DNA of 64,000 nucleotides from Lytechinus pictus (taxonomy: Eukaryota), in assembly GCF_037042905.1 (NCBI RefSeq), contig NC_087259.1:22010001-22074000 (forward strand). The letters are read 5' to 3'. Position 1 is the stretch's first letter. Each line of letters opens with the position of its first letter. Below are positions 62,904 to 64,000 of the stretch, one piece after another. Under the pieces are notes generated by a model. It saw nothing but the letters and a program-made list of their open reading frames with translations, did not search any database and was not told the origin of the DNA. Position numbers and translations under genes: made by a program.

Positions 62904-64000
62904 CTACAGAGAAAAATATGAAGATGCAGGAATCAATAGATTTTACAACAAAAAGATTTATAAATCAATCATTAAAGTTGAATTAAGAAGGGGGTGAGTT
63001 TCCATAAATATAGGTTCTACATACAATATATAGTATATATAAGTTGTTCAAACACATAGCATGTCACAATAATCCTCTGCCATCTCGATATTTTGCTTTG
63101 AAAGTCTATGAAATTAGCCACCTGTCAGAGCCCGAGAGACGAGTGTACAGAAAAGTCACTCGGAGTGTGACGTCACCGGGGGGAATTTAGTATAAGAGGT
63201 GCCTGAATGTCATACAGAAATGCTATGCAGAGAGAGAAATATATTTTACAATTTTTTTTCAAAGCAACTCAAATCAAACAAATAGGACTGATATGTACAA
63301 ATCTTTACTTTCCCTGTATAAAAAACAGTATGAATAACCACCATGAACTCTTCAATCATGATGTAAGATAGCAAACAGTGAGTTATTGAATGATATTTTC
63401 ACTATTTCTCATTTATTTTTATCACGATGTTCAATCAAGTGAGTAGCTGGAAAGTAATTCCGGCGGCTAGCTCAGCGCGCGCTGAACGCATAATACTAGT
63501 ACACACAACACCCGTACCCAGGCATTGAGTGTACTGTTATGGTCTGGTATGTCGACTTTAATAGTTCATGGCCGTGCAGCGATCCCCTGGCGTTTTTTCT
63601 TCTTTTCTTTTGTCTTTGACTCCACTTTTATATCCTCTGGATCATTTCCACTCATAGCTCATTCCACATAACAATCTTGAACCAAACGTATAGTATTCTT
63701 TCTCGGCCTTCTGAGTTGTTTTCTATATTTAATTACGCTAGGGGTCACCGTCACACATACAAACGCAATTCGGAAGTGAGTTGAAGACAGAAAGATATAT
63801 AGTAATTAGTATACATCTCTATGGTTGAAGACAACAAGAACGGTACGGTAGCTCGACAGCTAGCTGCGCCGGAGCGGGCGGCCGGTCGGCACAAAGCAAT
63901 TCCGCAACCAACTGTGTTTTTTTGCAAGAGCCGCGTCACACGCGGATAAATATGTCATAATAACACGTCTGCTACGTTATCGACTGGTGAGAAGATCTCG

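Noticed and set aside
63518-63655. Candidate MAN1B1 first exon (MSGNDPEDIKVESK... with a TGG|gtacgg donor)
   Set aside because: An in-frame TGA lies between the ATG and the donor, there is no similarity to known MAN1B1 N-termini, and the region looks transposon-derived. The true exon probably lies beyond the window.

Overview
This is AT-rich eukaryotic genomic DNA with spliceosomal GT-AG introns. The repeat landscape suggests an invertebrate deuterostome, probably a sea urchin (inference). Three protein-coding genes can be spliced by hand with consistent exon phases. (1) GOLGA2/GM130 on + has 22 visible coding exons (5531-30017, 956 aa); its first coding exon was not found. (2) An unrecognised 3-exon gene on + (38144-40739) encodes a 145-aa secreted, acidic protein with two amphipathic 11-mer-periodic helices, (EPEPDS)n repeats and a PRWSWPW tail. 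It is apolipoprotein-like in design and is the best novelty candidate. (3) MAN1B1/ER alpha-1,2-mannosidase I (GH47) on - has 10 visible coding exons (62903-50916, 650 aa), including a 19-nt microexon; its first exon was not found. Other points: a truncated RPS5 retro-fragment in a GOLGA2 intron; a 47-bp x7 repeat copying the GM130 C-terminus and stop codon; a Golgin45-like CxxC tail on GM130; a His-to-Glu change in the MAN1B1 MDHL motif; Helentron-type elements carrying arrays of nuclear-receptor half-sites; and a four-level nested transposon stack. There are also many MITEs, two SINEs, a 2-kb minisatellite and a 352-N assembly gap. Most ORFs in the supplied track are low-complexity artefacts.
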